Assembly (NCBI GenBank): GCA_965112735.1 | Contig: OZ218965.1 | Span: forward strand, 558,001 to 622,000 | DNA from: Phaeosaccion multiseriatum | Lineage: Eukaryota > Protista > Ochrophyta, other classes | Length of the DNA: 64,000 bases | Direction of reading: 5' to 3' | Shown here: piece after piece, positions 26,622 through 40,100 of the stretch | Layout: each line of letters starts with the position of its first letter | Position numbering within the stretch: position 1 is the stretch's first letter | Notes under the pieces: model-generated | Told to the model about the DNA's origin: nothing | What the model saw: only the letters and a program-made list of their open reading frames with translations | Database searches by the model: none | Position numbers and translations under genes: made by a program

Positions 26622-27758
26622 GCGGCGGCAGCGTGGCGGTGGCGGGGGGGGTCGAAGACTCACTGTGGCTGCTCTTAGTGTGGTGCTGATGATGATGACG
26701 CTGCTGCTGCTGCGTGAAGCCGCCCCGTCGAATGCTGTCCAAGCAATACAGAATGTACTCTGCGTTCTCAAGGTTGTCTGTCAGATGGTAGGCGTGCAGC
26801 GTCTTCATAATGCGATCGGCGGCCTCCGCCCTCGCTTGCATGCTCTTGCCCACAAACACGCGCTGCTCCTTCTTCCTCATCGGCAGCATCTGAGGGCGAG
26901 AGGAACGCGGCGAGAAAGACGCTTGTTGGTAGAGTACAAGAGGTGCTGCCACAGACTACACTTTGCGCACCTGGCCTTCTCTCGCGTGCTCCTTGGCCAC
27001 CTCCTCTTGAAGAATGGCGAGTAGGTGATTTGCCCGCTCTCGCTCGTGCTGCAGGCCCACTTGCTGCTGCTGCACCCACGCGCTCTGCTCCTTGGTACTC
27101 GCCTCGATGTCCTCCTCGGCTTGTGCTGCGGCCCGACCGCTCGAAGCGTATCTGTTTAGCAGGTATAGTTCATCATTTGGGTTTGGCTCAACCTGGTTAG
27201 TCGCACCAGAACGAGAGCCCCAGATTCCCCTTCCCCGGCCCAACTGCTGACTGACTTGTCCTGAGAAGTGGTAATGTCTCTCCAGGCCCCTGCGTGGTGG
27301 ACGTTGGTGCCTCGGTAGCCCTTCTTGTGCCGCGTGTAGTCCTTTCGGAAGTGCTCCCCGAGCGCTTGCCCGTTACAATGGCTCGTGCGGTCGAACGGAA
27401 AGTTCAACTTGTCCGGCTGTGGGGGGACGTCGAAGGAAGGGAGGTACCGAGGCGAGACAAAGAGGATGCGTAGGGGCGAGTCAGTCATACATGCCCAGAG
27501 ACACAGGAGGCAGACAGAAGCTTGCTTTGCTTTGCTTACCCTCTTGAGATGCCCCTGGTAGTTGTGGCTGCGAAGGATCTCCCGCTTGCTTCTCTGCGCG
27601 AGCTCCTCTGTGAAGAAGTCTCGGTAGTCCTGGTACATAGAAGGCGGGTAGTACTCGCCTCCGTCTGTGCGGGCTGCGTGGTGGCCCTTTGGACCCCGGA
27701 GGATGGTGGCCGGGAACGACTCTGCAGAAACCTTCTCGACTTGCTGCCGCGCGGCGTC

Positions 27759-27797
<39 letters not shown>

Positions 27798-29398
27798 AGA
27801 GGAACGCAGTGCGCTTTCCCTGTCAGTCAATGGCACTTACTCACCACCGGGGGCGTGTCGCCCCCACAACACTCAGAGCCACGCACCAGAGTCGCTCCAA
27901 GACGAGGAAGAAGTTCTGCTCCACCGCCAGAGTCTTGTGGTTGCGAAGATGCAGGTAGCTCCTGAGGGGGCGGGGGGGCGACAGTCATGTTGTGGACAGC
28001 GGGAATCGGCGCCGGCCAAAGCTCCTCACCTACTGCTGTGGTCGCCACCCATAGTGCGAATGCCTCCTTTGGCAAGGGTGAACCCGGTGATGCGGGTGGC
28101 GGGGAGGGGCATTGCCGCACTGTCAAGGCCCTCTCCTCCTGGTGTCTCGGCCGTTGCAGCAGACTCTGTCCTCCTCGCCCGACGATAGGCAGGCCACTTC
28201 CACGTCAGAGAAGAGCGCTGGTGTTGGTTTGCGGGGAGGGAGGCTTCCCCGCTGTGCGCCTCTTCTCCGACATGGTGCTCTGTTCCCTGTCCAGCGGCCG
28301 GAGCCTCTGTGACAAGAGAGATGGTACTAGTGGCATCAATCGTCCCACGGGCAGGGGGCCCATGGCCGATAGACTTTGACGTCGCTGTCTGCGCGAACCA
28401 GGTGGGGTCTAGACTGCTACCGCTCAACTCCACGCTGCCGATGCTCTCATTCTCCAGGATTGTCCGCTTCAGCTCTCTAATCGCCGACGTGTCGATGCTG
28501 CCTGAACCCGTAAGCAGCGCTTTCGCTCCCCAAAGGAGGCCTTTGCTGCCACTCTGCCCCTGGAACGAAAGCGCCTCTGTCCCTCCTCCTTCTGTCGAAG
28601 ACAGCTGGACGACGGAGTCTCCCTCATCTGCACGGCGGGGCTCCTGGTCCGAGTCCGGTTGCGAGACGGCAACGAGCTTCCCCTTGGAGTACTCACAAGG
28701 GGGGCAGGTTCGGCAATTTCGACGAAAGTAGCCCTGTGGTGCACGGGGATGAGGACCGTGTTAGAATGGCCTTGGAGACACACATTTTCACTCCGAGTCC
28801 AGTTTGGTCTGGCTTACCCTTGCACCGCACTTATCGCACTTATACCCTTGCTTCGCGCGACGCGCTCGAGTCAAATCCTGCTCCTCGCGCCCCATCGCTT
28901 CCCACTTTGGCTGTAAGATCTCTTGCATAAGGGGAGACACCTCGTCCTGCTCCAAAAACTGTCGAACCAAAGAGAGGATGATGTTATGAATAGTTCGGTA
29001 TGCAGTGAATAGTTCGGTGCTTCGGGGCCCTATGCAACAGCACCTTCCCTACTCACGTGATCGACAACGCCGCTGCCGTCCTCATAAGACTGCGCCATAA
29101 CCTTTGCCAAGAACTTGGCCCTTCCGTCTCTGTCAAACACCTTCTCCTCCAGAGCCGTCAGTGCGTTCTCCTTGTTCGCCCCCCCAGGCACAGCACCACC
29201 CGCCCCTTGTCTCTCGAGCCGCAGCTGCTGCTTGTGCCGCAAGAGAGCTTCATGTGCTTCACGTTTCTGGCGAGCCCTGGCCTCCCTCCTGCTCGACTTT
29301 CTCTCTGCAAGCACTTGCTGCCGCTCTTCGTCCAGCCTCTTCGCCAAGTCCCGGACTTCCTCAGGCAGCAGCCCAGCTCGAGTACGGTTCCACCCCAT
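26000..29398 (-). CDS. Uncharacterised multi-exon protein (coiled coils, zinc-knuckle-like CxxC motif); 3' end approximate
   Basis: Chain of minus-strand ORFs (29030-29398, 28788-28970, ~28730-28026, 27156-27836, 26956-27243, 26194-26952) with GT-AG borders and coding-like composition. Spliced 'YKCDKCGAR|GYFRRNCRTC'. Confidence 0.6.
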
Positions 29399-29676
29399 CT
29401 CTCTCCCTCCTCACTCCCCCCTCACTCCGTCAGATCATCTCTCCTTCGTATCTACGCGCACACTGCACATAACACACCTATGCACACCTTCTGTGGGTAT
29501 GTGTGTGCAGAGGCGCCAGTTGTGAAACTGTAACGTCGACCCATATGCCTGTGGGTATCCACCCGGTTCTGACAAGGACCAATAAAAAACCTCAGAAGAA
29601 AGAGAGGGAAAGAAAGAGAGAAAGGAAGGGAGAGAAGAAAAGAGAGAGAGGGGGGGGAGGGAAATAAGGGTCGAGG

Positions 29677-31634
29677 ATGAGGCCTCCTGTCATTGCATTG
29701 CTGGCATGCGTCCCAGCGGCGTCAGCCTTTGTGCCCCAATCAGGGCTTGCCCAAGCCGGGACGCTGCGCAGCAGCTGCGGCAGCAGTAAGGCGAGGGGCC
29801 GAGTAGGCCTCCAACAGCGGGTACAATGCGAGGAGAGGGGCTCGGGGAGGGGGCTGAAGAGAACCAGGAGTAGCAGCAGCGGCGGCAGGACGGGATGGGG
29901 TACTGGCGCCACTCGGCTGCAGATGTCCACCCTCGCCCGCCTCAACAAGGCGAGAGACCGCCTGGCCGACGCCACGGGCGACTTTGCCCTTCCCGGCGGA
30001 GGCGAGGCTGACAAAATCACAGGGATTCGCAAGCAAACGAAGGTATGCGTCGGTCTGGTCTCGTGTGCTCTCCTATATCCTCATTGGGCCCTCCCCCCCC
30101 TTCCTCCTCGCCGCGATTGTCCCCCACCCCCTTCACGTGCCAAGGTGCGGGAGCTTTCTGTGAAGGTGGCTGAGCCTGAGATCACGTACGACCCCGTCCG
30201 TGCGGCGGACGCTCTGTTTAGACAGCCCGTCAAGTGGATTGTGCGCAACGCACAGCTCTTTGTTCCGCTTGCTTCCTTCACTTTCAAGGTAAGCCGCTTT
30301 TCTTCGATTGTGCGGAATGCGGTGTGTGGGTATGTATCCCAGCACATAACATATCCTCCTCTCTCGAATGGCTGGAACCCCTCTCCTCCGACGGCAGCTG
30401 TTTGTCGACATCTCGGGAGGCAAGGAAGAGGCCAACAGGAAGGTCAGGGCGCACGAGCTGCTGGAAATCATTTCGGGGTTGGGTCCTGCCGTCATCAAGG
30501 CGGGGCAGGCGCTGTCCTCTCGGCCTGACTTGCTCCCTGGCGAGTATCTGCTCGAGCTGCAGAAGCTCCAAGACAGGTGAGATGGGGTGGAGTGGACGGG
30601 TGACGGACTGGCACGAGAGCCTCTAATTCTAACGCCGCCATGGGCACTTTCTCCCCCCGCTGCAGGCTTCCCGCCTTCGACAACGCCCTGGCCTTCACTG
30701 TGGTGGAGCAGGAGCTGGGCATGCCCTTTGACGACGTGTACGAGCTACTGCAGCCCGGCCCTGTGGCCGCAGCCTCCATTGGACAGGTGTATCGGGCGCG
30801 CTTGCGCTCCAACGGCCACGAGGTGAGCCGCTGATCCCCTCTCTCCCTTCGTGCTGTCCTGACCTCCTGGCCACGAGGCCGTTCCAAAGCTGCATGAAAC
30901 AGCTCGAGGAGGCAAGCTCCGCCTTAACGGATGTTCCCGACCCCCCTTCTCACAGGTGGCGGTGAAGGTGCAAAGACCGGGCTGCGAGTCGACCATCGAG
31001 CTGGACCTGTATATCCTGCGGTGGTACAGCAGCTTGTTTAACAGATTCCTCAAGGCGCTCAAGAGGGACATTGACCTCACGAGCATCATCGACGACTTCG
31101 GCGAGCTCATCTACAGAGAGATTGACTACCGCGCTGAGGTACCAAGGGGGGCGGCGTGTGAGAAATGTGTTTTAGGCTTTGCCTTGCCTTTCGGTGGGGG
31201 ACCTGTAGACCTGTCTGCTCCATCTGCTGACAGATGTGATGAATGGCATCGCTGCCCTTCTGTGCTGTGCTGCCCTGTTGTGCTGCTCCCGCAGATGGTG
31301 AACTGCCAACGCTTCGCGGAGCTGTATGCAAACATTCCGAACGTTTACGTGCCCAAAGTTTACAATGACCTCACGTCCAAGAGGGTGCTCACCATGGAGT
31401 GGGTGGAGGGGTCTCGCCTCGTGGACAAGCAGGCCATGATGGACCTCGACCAGGACCCCTCTGCCATGGTGGACACTCTCGTCCAGTGCTCGCTCAGACA
31501 GGTGGGTAGCGAGAGAGAGGGAGAGGGAGGGAGAGAGGGAGGGAGGGAGAGAGGGAGGGGGGGAGAGACGGAGGGAGGGAGAGACGGAGGGAGAGAGAGG
31601 GAAAGGGCTGGATGCTTCGGTGTTGTTGTTGTGG

Positions 31635-31701
<67 letters not shown>

Positions 31702-33635
31702 GTTGCTTTTTTAGGCTTTTCTAGTCCTGTTGTCACGGCCCTTTCCAACAGTGTACTCACTCACTCACTCGCCCACTCACTCACTCACTCACTCACTCGC
31801 TCACTCGTTCACTCACTCACTCACTCACTCACTCACTCACTCACTCACTCACTCACTCACTCACTCACTCACTCACTCACTCACTCACTCACTCCCTCAC
31901 TCACTCACTCACTCACTCGCTCACTCACTCACTCACTCACTCACTCACTCGCTCACTCATTCACTCACTCACTCACTCACTCACTCACTCACTCACTCAC
32001 TCGCTCACTCCCTCACTCACTCACACACTCACACACTCGCTCACTCACTCTCCCACCCACTCACTCACTCACTCACTCACTCACTCACTCACTACTCTCT
32101 TTATGTGCCCAGATGCTGGAGGAGGGCTTTCTGCACGCCGATCCTCACGCCGGCAACCTCCTGGCCACCTCCGATGGGCAGCTCTGCTTCCTCGACTTCG
32201 GCATGGTGTCGTACGTGGAGGCTTCGCAGCGCTACGGCATCATCGAGGCCGTGATCCACCTCGTCAACAGGGACTTCGAGGCATTGGCGCTGCTCTACAA
32301 GAGGTTGGGCTTCATCCCCCCCAATCAGGATATCAGCCCCATCGTCAAGGCGCTGGAGGTGCGTGAGTGCTTGCCTTGTTGCTTGCCTCGGAAGGAGTAG
32401 GGGAAAGCTTGTGTATTGCGGCTGCCTGTCTCACGGTATTTCCTCTTCTCAAACCGCCCTCTCACCGTCTCTCGTTTTGTATCTATCCCCACCGCCCCGC
32501 AGGACGCGCTGCCGGACGTGCTGACGGCGTCGGTGGCGGAGCTCAACTTCAAGAACGTCATCAACAAGCTCGGTGACGTCATGTACACCTTCCCCTTCTC
32601 GCTGCCTCCGTACTACATTGCCATCATCCGGTGCCTGGGTGTGCTGGAAGGCGTGGCTATCCAAGTGGACGGCAACTTCCGCATCATCAGCGGGGCGTAC
32701 CCGTACATTGCGAGCCGCCTCTTGACGGACTCGGCGCCGGAGCTGCAGACGGCGCTTCAACAGCTGCTCTTCAAGGACGGAGAGGCTCGCTGGGAGCGTT
32801 TCGAGGAGCTTCTGGAGGAGGTGGGTGGTGCGCCGCTTGGACAAGAGAGAGGAGCCCGGGGGCGGTTTTGTAGGCGCAAGGACCTTCCATTTCTCATAGC
32901 TTAAGCTAAAGCTCACTCTCCTCCCTCTCTTTCTCTCTTCCCCCCTCTCCCCCCCTCTCTTTCTCTCTTTTCACAAAAGGCCCAAAACTCGATGGACTAC
33001 GATGTGACGCTGGCCATCAACCAGATGGTGGACTACCTGCTCTCCCCCGCGGGGGATGTGATCCGCCTCCAGATGACGGACCAGCTCATCGAAGGCATTG
33101 ACCAGCTCGGCGTGGAGAGTTTGGAGTTCCTCACCAAGAACATTGGGCAGCTCAGCACGGGGGCCGTGCCCGCTCTGTTGGCGCGTGACCAAGTGGCCCT
33201 CCGCAAGCTGCTGGAGGACAACGCGCAGCAGCTCACGCCGGCGCTGGAGTCTGCCCTGCGCATCTTAAACATGTTGGCCAAGAGCGAGGGCTTTGATGTG
33301 CGCAAGGTGGCGCCTCTGTTCAGGAGGTTGCTGAGGGAGCCGGAGGCGCAGCAGATGACTGTGCAGGTGGCCTCAAGCCTGAGTGAGCGGGCCGTCAGTC
33401 GAGCAGTGCGAGCCGTGTTTAGGTGAGACGCTGACACCCCCTCTTGCTGCGTCCCCCCCTCCCCTCTTTTCTCCAGTCTCCTGTCTGACTGTTGTTTACC
33501 ACGTACGTACCCCCTGACACACACGCACACCCTCTGCACCCACTCATCCCCCTACACAACAGGGTACCTCAACCGCAGGCAGGCGTCTTAGCCTCGGTGT
33601 CGAGCTTTGACAACAGTCAACGGGCCCAGCCGTAG
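29677..33635 (+). CDS. ABC1K: Plastid ABC1/UbiB-family atypical protein kinase (ABC1K)
   Basis: Bipartite leader '[20 protein letters not shown]'. Motifs '[16 protein letters not shown]', '[12 protein letters not shown]', 'VAVKVQRP', 'EIDY..E', 'HADPHAGN', 'LDFGM'. Confidence 0.94.
31620..32092. repeat. Compound intronic microsatellite: (TTG)n followed by (CACT)n
   Basis: Visible runs inside the ABC1K intron 31502-32112. Confidence 0.92.
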
Positions 33636-33868
33636 AGCTCAACTCTTCCTCTTCCTCCTTAAATGTAATTTATTGTTTTCGTTAAATGTAATGAAATTTA
33701 AATCCCCTTCACGCCAACTCGGCCAGTGAAGAAAGGAGTGAGGAAGGTTGGTCAATTTTGTCTCCATCCAATCCCTCTCGACTTCCTTTCTCGTGCGTGT
33801 GCATAAGTGCCTACGGAGGGTGACCTCCGAACTCATCGAATACCTAATCAACTAGTCATATATATATA

Positions 33869-33931
33869 CACCTACCTACCTACCTACCTACCTACCTACC
33901 TACCTACCTACCTACCTACCTACCTACCTAC
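33869..33931. repeat. (CCTA)n intergenic microsatellite
   Basis: Visible run between the convergent ABC1K and JmjC genes. Confidence 0.9.
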
Positions 33932-34130
33932 TTAAGTCTCATCAGACCTCATCGGATACCTAATCGAGCGTATCTAACAGCGGTATCCGTCAAAGTTCAA
34001 AGCACCTCTTCGCCTTCCGTTCCCCCAGCACCATCAAAAGTAAGACACTTCACTCCTACACCTAGCTCTCCTTATAGGCGCGAGATGCTCGGTGTTCGCC
34101 TCACTGTGCCTCACAACGCTGAGGCAGCGC

Positions 34131-37100
34131 CTAGCAGCTCGGGAATTGCGCGAAACCGCAGTAGCGGCAGTTTGTCTGAGCGATGCAGCCAAGGCCCTCG
34201 CAAGCAACTTCGACGTATGCGCATTCTTGACCGGGGGCATCGCAGCCCTCTACACCTGCACAAGACCCAACGCCTGACAGTATCACAGGTGATATGAGAG
34301 AGAAAGGTGAGTCAGTTGGAGTTGCAGGGCATGGTGGCCGTAGTAGGGCCGAGGCAGTACTCGGAGCGAGGGAGCGAAGCAAGAAAAGCAGAGTGTGTGT
34401 ATGTGGGGGGGGCGGAGAGAGAGAGAGGGAGAGAGGGAGAGGGAGAGAGCGAGAGAAAGGGGGAGCGGGGTTGAAGGGCGCCAGCCAGAGCCGAGCAAAG
34501 CACAGGAGGAGGAGGAGGAGGAGGTAGGAAGAAGACTCCGAGCAAGAGTCAGCAGAGCGAGGCCGTTGCTCTGAAGCGCACCTGATGAGACTGGACTGGG
34601 GGCCGAAGTGGTGGTCGAAGTGGGGGTCGGGGCGGTGTCTTCTCCATCACAGGCGATGGCCGAGTACACACCGAAGCCGCAGTATCTGTTGACAGATGCG
34701 CAATTTCGGGATTAGCTAGATGCGCTAGAGACACTTGAGGAGACGCCGAAACGCATCAAAGTAGAGGAGGTTAGTCGCGCGGCCGTGACATGTTTTGGCA
34801 GTCTTGTCAGCACCTGCAATTGGTGCCCGCGATGCAGCCGAGGCCCTCGCATCCGCCTTCCCCGACGTGGACGCACGACTGACCCCTTGCATCGCAGCCC
34901 GCAACCCCCACACAGGAAGAAGCGCCATCTGTGAAGTGCCACAGGAGGTGGTGCCAGACAGGCGAGGAGGGAAAGGTTCGTCGTCAGTTGCAAAGGGTAC
35001 AGCGGGGACGGATGGGTATGCGGCCCAGGCAGATCTCGGAGAGTGGGGGCGAAGTAAGACAAGCAGAGAGAAGGCAATGTGAGCCTGCAGCAGACAGAAG
35101 GATTGAGACTCGAAGCAAGAACGACGTTTGCCCTAATGCGCACCTGATGACGCTGGACTGGGGGCCGAAGTGGTGGTCGAAGTGGGGGTCGGGACAGTGT
35201 CTTCTCCATCGCAGGCGATGGCCGAGTACACACCGAAACCGCAGTACCTAGACGTACAAGACAGCGAGTGTCGGATATGCACATAGGACAAGGAGCAGAG
35301 CAAGGAAGGAAGGAAGGGAGGAGGTCGGTCCAGGATACATCCCTCTCGCCTCCTTCACTCCCTCTTACTGGCCCATCGTACCTGCAATTGGTGCCCGCGA
35401 TGCAGCCGAGGCCCTCGCATCCCCCTTCCCCGACGTAGACGCATGACTGACCGTTTGCATCGCAGCCCCCCACTCCATCACAGGAAGCGTCGCCTGCAAG
35501 AGTAAGAGGTGTGAGGCGGTTACATGTAACTGCAATAGAATGCACCCTCTTCCCTCCCTTCTCTCTCATCTCAGGAGCCCAACGGAGGAACGGAGGATGC
35601 CGGAGGGGACGCGAACCCAAGCACAAAAACCGAAAGACCCCAGGCACAGGAAATCACTCGCAGTAAGAAGCCGAGGCGAAGATGTGCGACGACACACCTG
35701 CAAGTGGCGCGGTGGTGGATGGCGTGGGTACCGGACTTGGGGTGGGAGAAATGGGCGTGGGTACCGGGCTCGGAGGAGAAGGAACGGGTGCTTCTCCGTT
35801 GATCTTGGCAAGCTCGGTGAGGACCTTTAGAGGCCGAGGAGGGGGACGGGGGCAGGAGGGGCAGCGCACGAGGTGTCGTCAACAAAATGGTAGAGGACAG
35901 AAGGAGGCACTGCCGAGCACGGGGAGAGTCCAAGGCACGGAGTGCGAGGAGATAACAAGCGCAGCACACTGTGTGTAGTCAGGCGTGGCGAGAGCGCAGG
36001 TCTGTCTCTCACCACGTCGGGGATACACTCCCTGATTCCGCAGTAGCTGGCCTCGCTCGAAAGTGTGAAGCCTGTGTGAGTGAGGAGGCACAGAGAGGAA
36101 CACAGCGAAGGGGTGGGGGCAAAGCGAGTCGAGTCATGGCAAGCGAACGAGTGGATGGAAGGAGATTAGAGGCATACGTCATAAGCAACGGCTCCATCTC
36201 TCTTTAAGGGAGATGAGAGCATCGCTCTACCGACCGTGGAGAGCGGTAGAGGGCTGAAACAAACGTAGCTCTTCCGAGAGACACAGAGACATCATTCCGC
36301 TCGCATGCGAAGTACCCGTACCTGGTTCGCACACCTCGCACCCAGCGCCGTCCACACAAAGGGCGCACCCCGTGTCGCATGCATGGCAGGGGTATGTCGC
36401 CGTGCTGCTCTCCCCCGCGGAAGGCTGGAAGAAGCCCGCGGCACACATGGAGCAGAGTCCATCCTCGCACGCCGCGCAGTTGGAGTTTGGCAGAAGCACG
36501 CTGTCGGGGGTGCACTGGCAGGGAATGCCGTCCGAAGCGCCGCAGTCCGAGGGGCAAATATTGCCCACGCGGAGCCAGCGCGCAGATGGGGCGTAGTCGA
36601 CAATGACAATCCCATTATCAGCCAAGACCTGTGCCGTCGCGCGGGGGTCGAAGAGAGCAGAGAGCTCTTGCAGAAGCACTGCGGCCAAGGACGACTCGGG
36701 CTCTCCGAGCACGATGACGACAACGGTCACGTCCACCGTCCAGGTGTTGGCTGGTGAGGCAGCTGCTTGCAAGTCGAGCGCCCCGATGGACGCCTCTATA
36801 GTGAGCCTTCCCTCCCTCACCTCGGCGGTAGTCGCGGTGATGAACCTCCTCAGTAGGAGAGACAGTTCCTCCCGCTCCGTAATGACCGAGGAGGTGAAAG
36901 TCATGAGCGCATTGAGCATGAGCTTCTCATCGTTGGCGCGCCAAATGGGATTCATGCAGCAGTCCTGCTCCTCGCGGCTGCCGAACTCCGTCACGGCGTC
37001 TGGGTAGAACTTGCTGAACACGGCATCGCAGTTGTCCATGCCGCACATGAGCAAGCCATTGCACTGCGTGGTGAGGAGGGGCGACGAGTGAGTATTGTAA

Positions 37101-40100
37101 GTCTAGCGAAGGCAGAAGGGCGGAATGGATGCAATGGCACAAGCAGCAGCAGCAGCAGTAGCAGCACTCCGTTTGAACCTTGCTTCCACGGACTCACATC
37201 GTCGTCCGCCAAGCAGGGGCCGTCGCCCTCGCCGAAGACTGCGGTGTTGGCTTGGCAATACATCATCCGCTCGCAGGAGGTGTCACCCACGGGCGCGTAA
37301 TCAGGGACCCCGGTCATGTACACCAGGCTGTAGCCTGCGTGTGCGGAGGGAGAATGGTATTAGAATGGGTGGGGTCAGTGGGTTTGCCGCTTGTTTCTCG
37401 TGTGTACGCTGCTCCCTCTTCCCTCTGCCTTTAACCCATTGATTGCTGTAACGCTTCAAGAGCAGAAGGGCTCCCACCCCTGCCTGATCTCCGGCGCGTT
37501 CTCTCTCTCACTAAATCCCTCCCTTTTCTGATGCACTGGCTGACTCACCTTCCTCGCACACTTGGCAGCCCTGACCGTCCTTACACATGTTGCACCCCTC
37601 CATCTCGCACTTGGTACAGGGGTAACCATCCGTCATCTTCCAGTAGCCAAGCGCACACTGCTCGCACACGCCGCTCTCAGCGCAAACGGCGCAGCTGTCG
37701 TCCTCAGGAGTGCAGACGCACTCGTCGCGGTCGCAAGTGTCAGGACACAAGGTGTACATCATTGAAGCATCCTCCACCTCACCACCCTCAGAGACAAAGG
37801 CGCTCCCCAGCAGCTCTTCCATGCCGCCCCCTTGTGTGCAGGCGGCCTCGAAGGTTGGGTGACCCTCTGATCCCTCTTTGAAGTACCTGTGAAGTGCCAT
37901 TGAGTTGAGGGAGGTCGCCACACAAAGTAAGCACATGCAATCCAAGGGGCGGGGGGGCGGGGGGGCGGGGGGATGGGGGGACGTCGCGTGTGAGGTATGT
38001 AAATGGGACAAAGGGAAAGGAAAGGAATGGGGAGGATTAGGAAAGGCCCTGACACGCCTCGCGCTTGACTTACTTGTCGTAGGTCATCTTGATCATGTTG
38101 AGCGTCTCTGCGTTGCTGGCGGCCGCAGTGACGTTGCTAGACGTGTTGGTATCGGGTACGAAGATAAGGCTCTCCTTGCCTCTCTCGAGTTCCCATGCGG
38201 AAGCAATAGGCTCGCCAAAGTGCTTAACCCCACGCACACTGGGGTTCTTGAGGAATGCCATCTCTTCCTCCGTCAGGGCATCCTCCAGCGCTGCAGCCAC
38301 GGCTTCGGCATCTTCCATCATGGCATCTTTGTCAGCAGCAGCACCGTCCTCATCATCGGTCTGCAGCTGTCGGCGCCTCTGTCCGATGAAATCAAGCGCC
38401 GACAACGCGCCTTGTGCGATGAAATCAAGCAACGAATCGAGATTGATGCTCGAGCTCGCGTATGTCGAGTAGCAAGTGTCCACCCCGACGCTTACCGGGA
38501 AGCCTGTGCCAGTAAAAGGAATTATGACACCTCCGCCAAGAGTGGCGCCATAGAAGGCGTAGTCACCGGTGAACTCCGCTGCGATAGTGGCTTCCAGAGG
38601 GATACCTAAGAACCCCAAATCGCCGTTAATGGAGAGAGAATGTCCCGCGCCGGGCACAACCGCGGGGAAGCGCGAGCCCGCGTTGGCGATGGCGGCCGTC
38701 ACTGTAATAGAAGTGCCGGCATCAAAGAGGTCTCCTGATGGGACGGCCGTTCCTCTACACAAGTCGAACGAGCAGAACATGTTGTCCTCGCCATTGACTA
38801 TTTCCCGCCAGACTGTCATTGAAGTTGAGAATGCGCGATCCGAGCCGCCGATTGGGAAGGCAATATCGAGTACCGCATTGACGCTCACGCTGCTCAAGCC
38901 ACCGATGGAGGAAAAAGCTTGTGTGAAGGCGAGAGAGGGCGGAAAAGCCAAGGCGCTCAATACCATGACATCACAGAGCTCCCGCAGATCCGTCGTGTCC
39001 TCCTCCATAAAAGGATCCGGCACGAAGCCTACCGTGGTGGAAAGTGGGACGAGGTTGAGGGCCGCTCTGCGGTAGTTGTCGGAGAGAGCGACAAAGTTTC
39101 TCTACGTTGTTGGTTGCCGAGAAAGAGCATCAGCCGCCGAGGCATTTGTCGCCGAAGCGGAGGGTTCAGGCCGCAGCCAGAAAGGGCACGAGAACCAAGG
39201 AAAGAGCAAGAAGGTGACAGCGTTGTTGTCAGTTCCTTCACAATCAGCCAGTCACGGGTCACGCAGCATGAACGAGGACAGGAAGGAAGTCTTCAAAGGT
39301 TCACAAGCTCTTGTGTGGGTGTCTCAGTGTTTCTCCCTTTGGCCCCTCATCCCACCAGACAGTTACGCACCTCAAGTGCGTCCGCGATGTTTTGACCTAA
39401 CTCCTCGGCTATGTCCACGACCTGGGTGATGACCTCTTCGGTCTCTTCGAAGGCTGTGATGTACGAATCCAAGTCCGTGAGTGTTCCACAGATGGAGTCA
39501 CACGTCTCTCTCAGGTCGGTGCACGTATCTCTGCATTCGTCAGCGACGTCAAAGAGAGGCACACAGATCTCGCCAAAGCATCCGTTGTAGGCGCTGTTAC
39601 AGGCGTTTTGGCAGGGAGAGCATACGTCATCACAGCCTGGCAAAAGGAGAGGGCGAGCAGTAGTAGAGAAGAGAGAGTCAAGAGCATTAGAGAAGAGAAC
39701 AGTAGGGAATACAAGAGAGGCCTTCGCTGCGGTCGGCATGTAGTGCAAGTCCTATGTGCGTACTGACTTAGGCGAGTGAGAGTGCGACGAGAGAGGGGAG
39801 GGGAAGGAGTGAGCGCTAACGGGCTGACGGACCGACTGACTCACGAAAGCAACCCAACTTACTTAAGGTGCATCCGCTATCACACGACCCGGTGCACGCG
39901 CTGTCACATGACGAGCCGAGCCCACAGCTAGAGTCACAACTGGAAATACAGCGACTGTCACAGCTTCGAACGCCCCACGAATCGCAACCTGGGGCACGGG
40001 CGCGAGGGGAACGAGTCAATGAGTCGGACGACAAGGAAGAGGCCCCTTCGAAGGAAGAGCGAGGAGAAGAAAGGAAAAGAAAAAAGGCAAGCAATACTCA

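Noticed and set aside
31494-32254. Poly-Q, poly-C and (HSLT)n ORFs
   Set aside because: They are translations of intronic microsatellites in ABC1K.
39103-39320. Extra coding frame with in-frame TGA/TAG in the JmjC gene (multi-Sec or recoding idea)
   Set aside because: A phase-0 intron ending at 'caacgtag' with an upstream ctgat branch-like site explains it without recoding.
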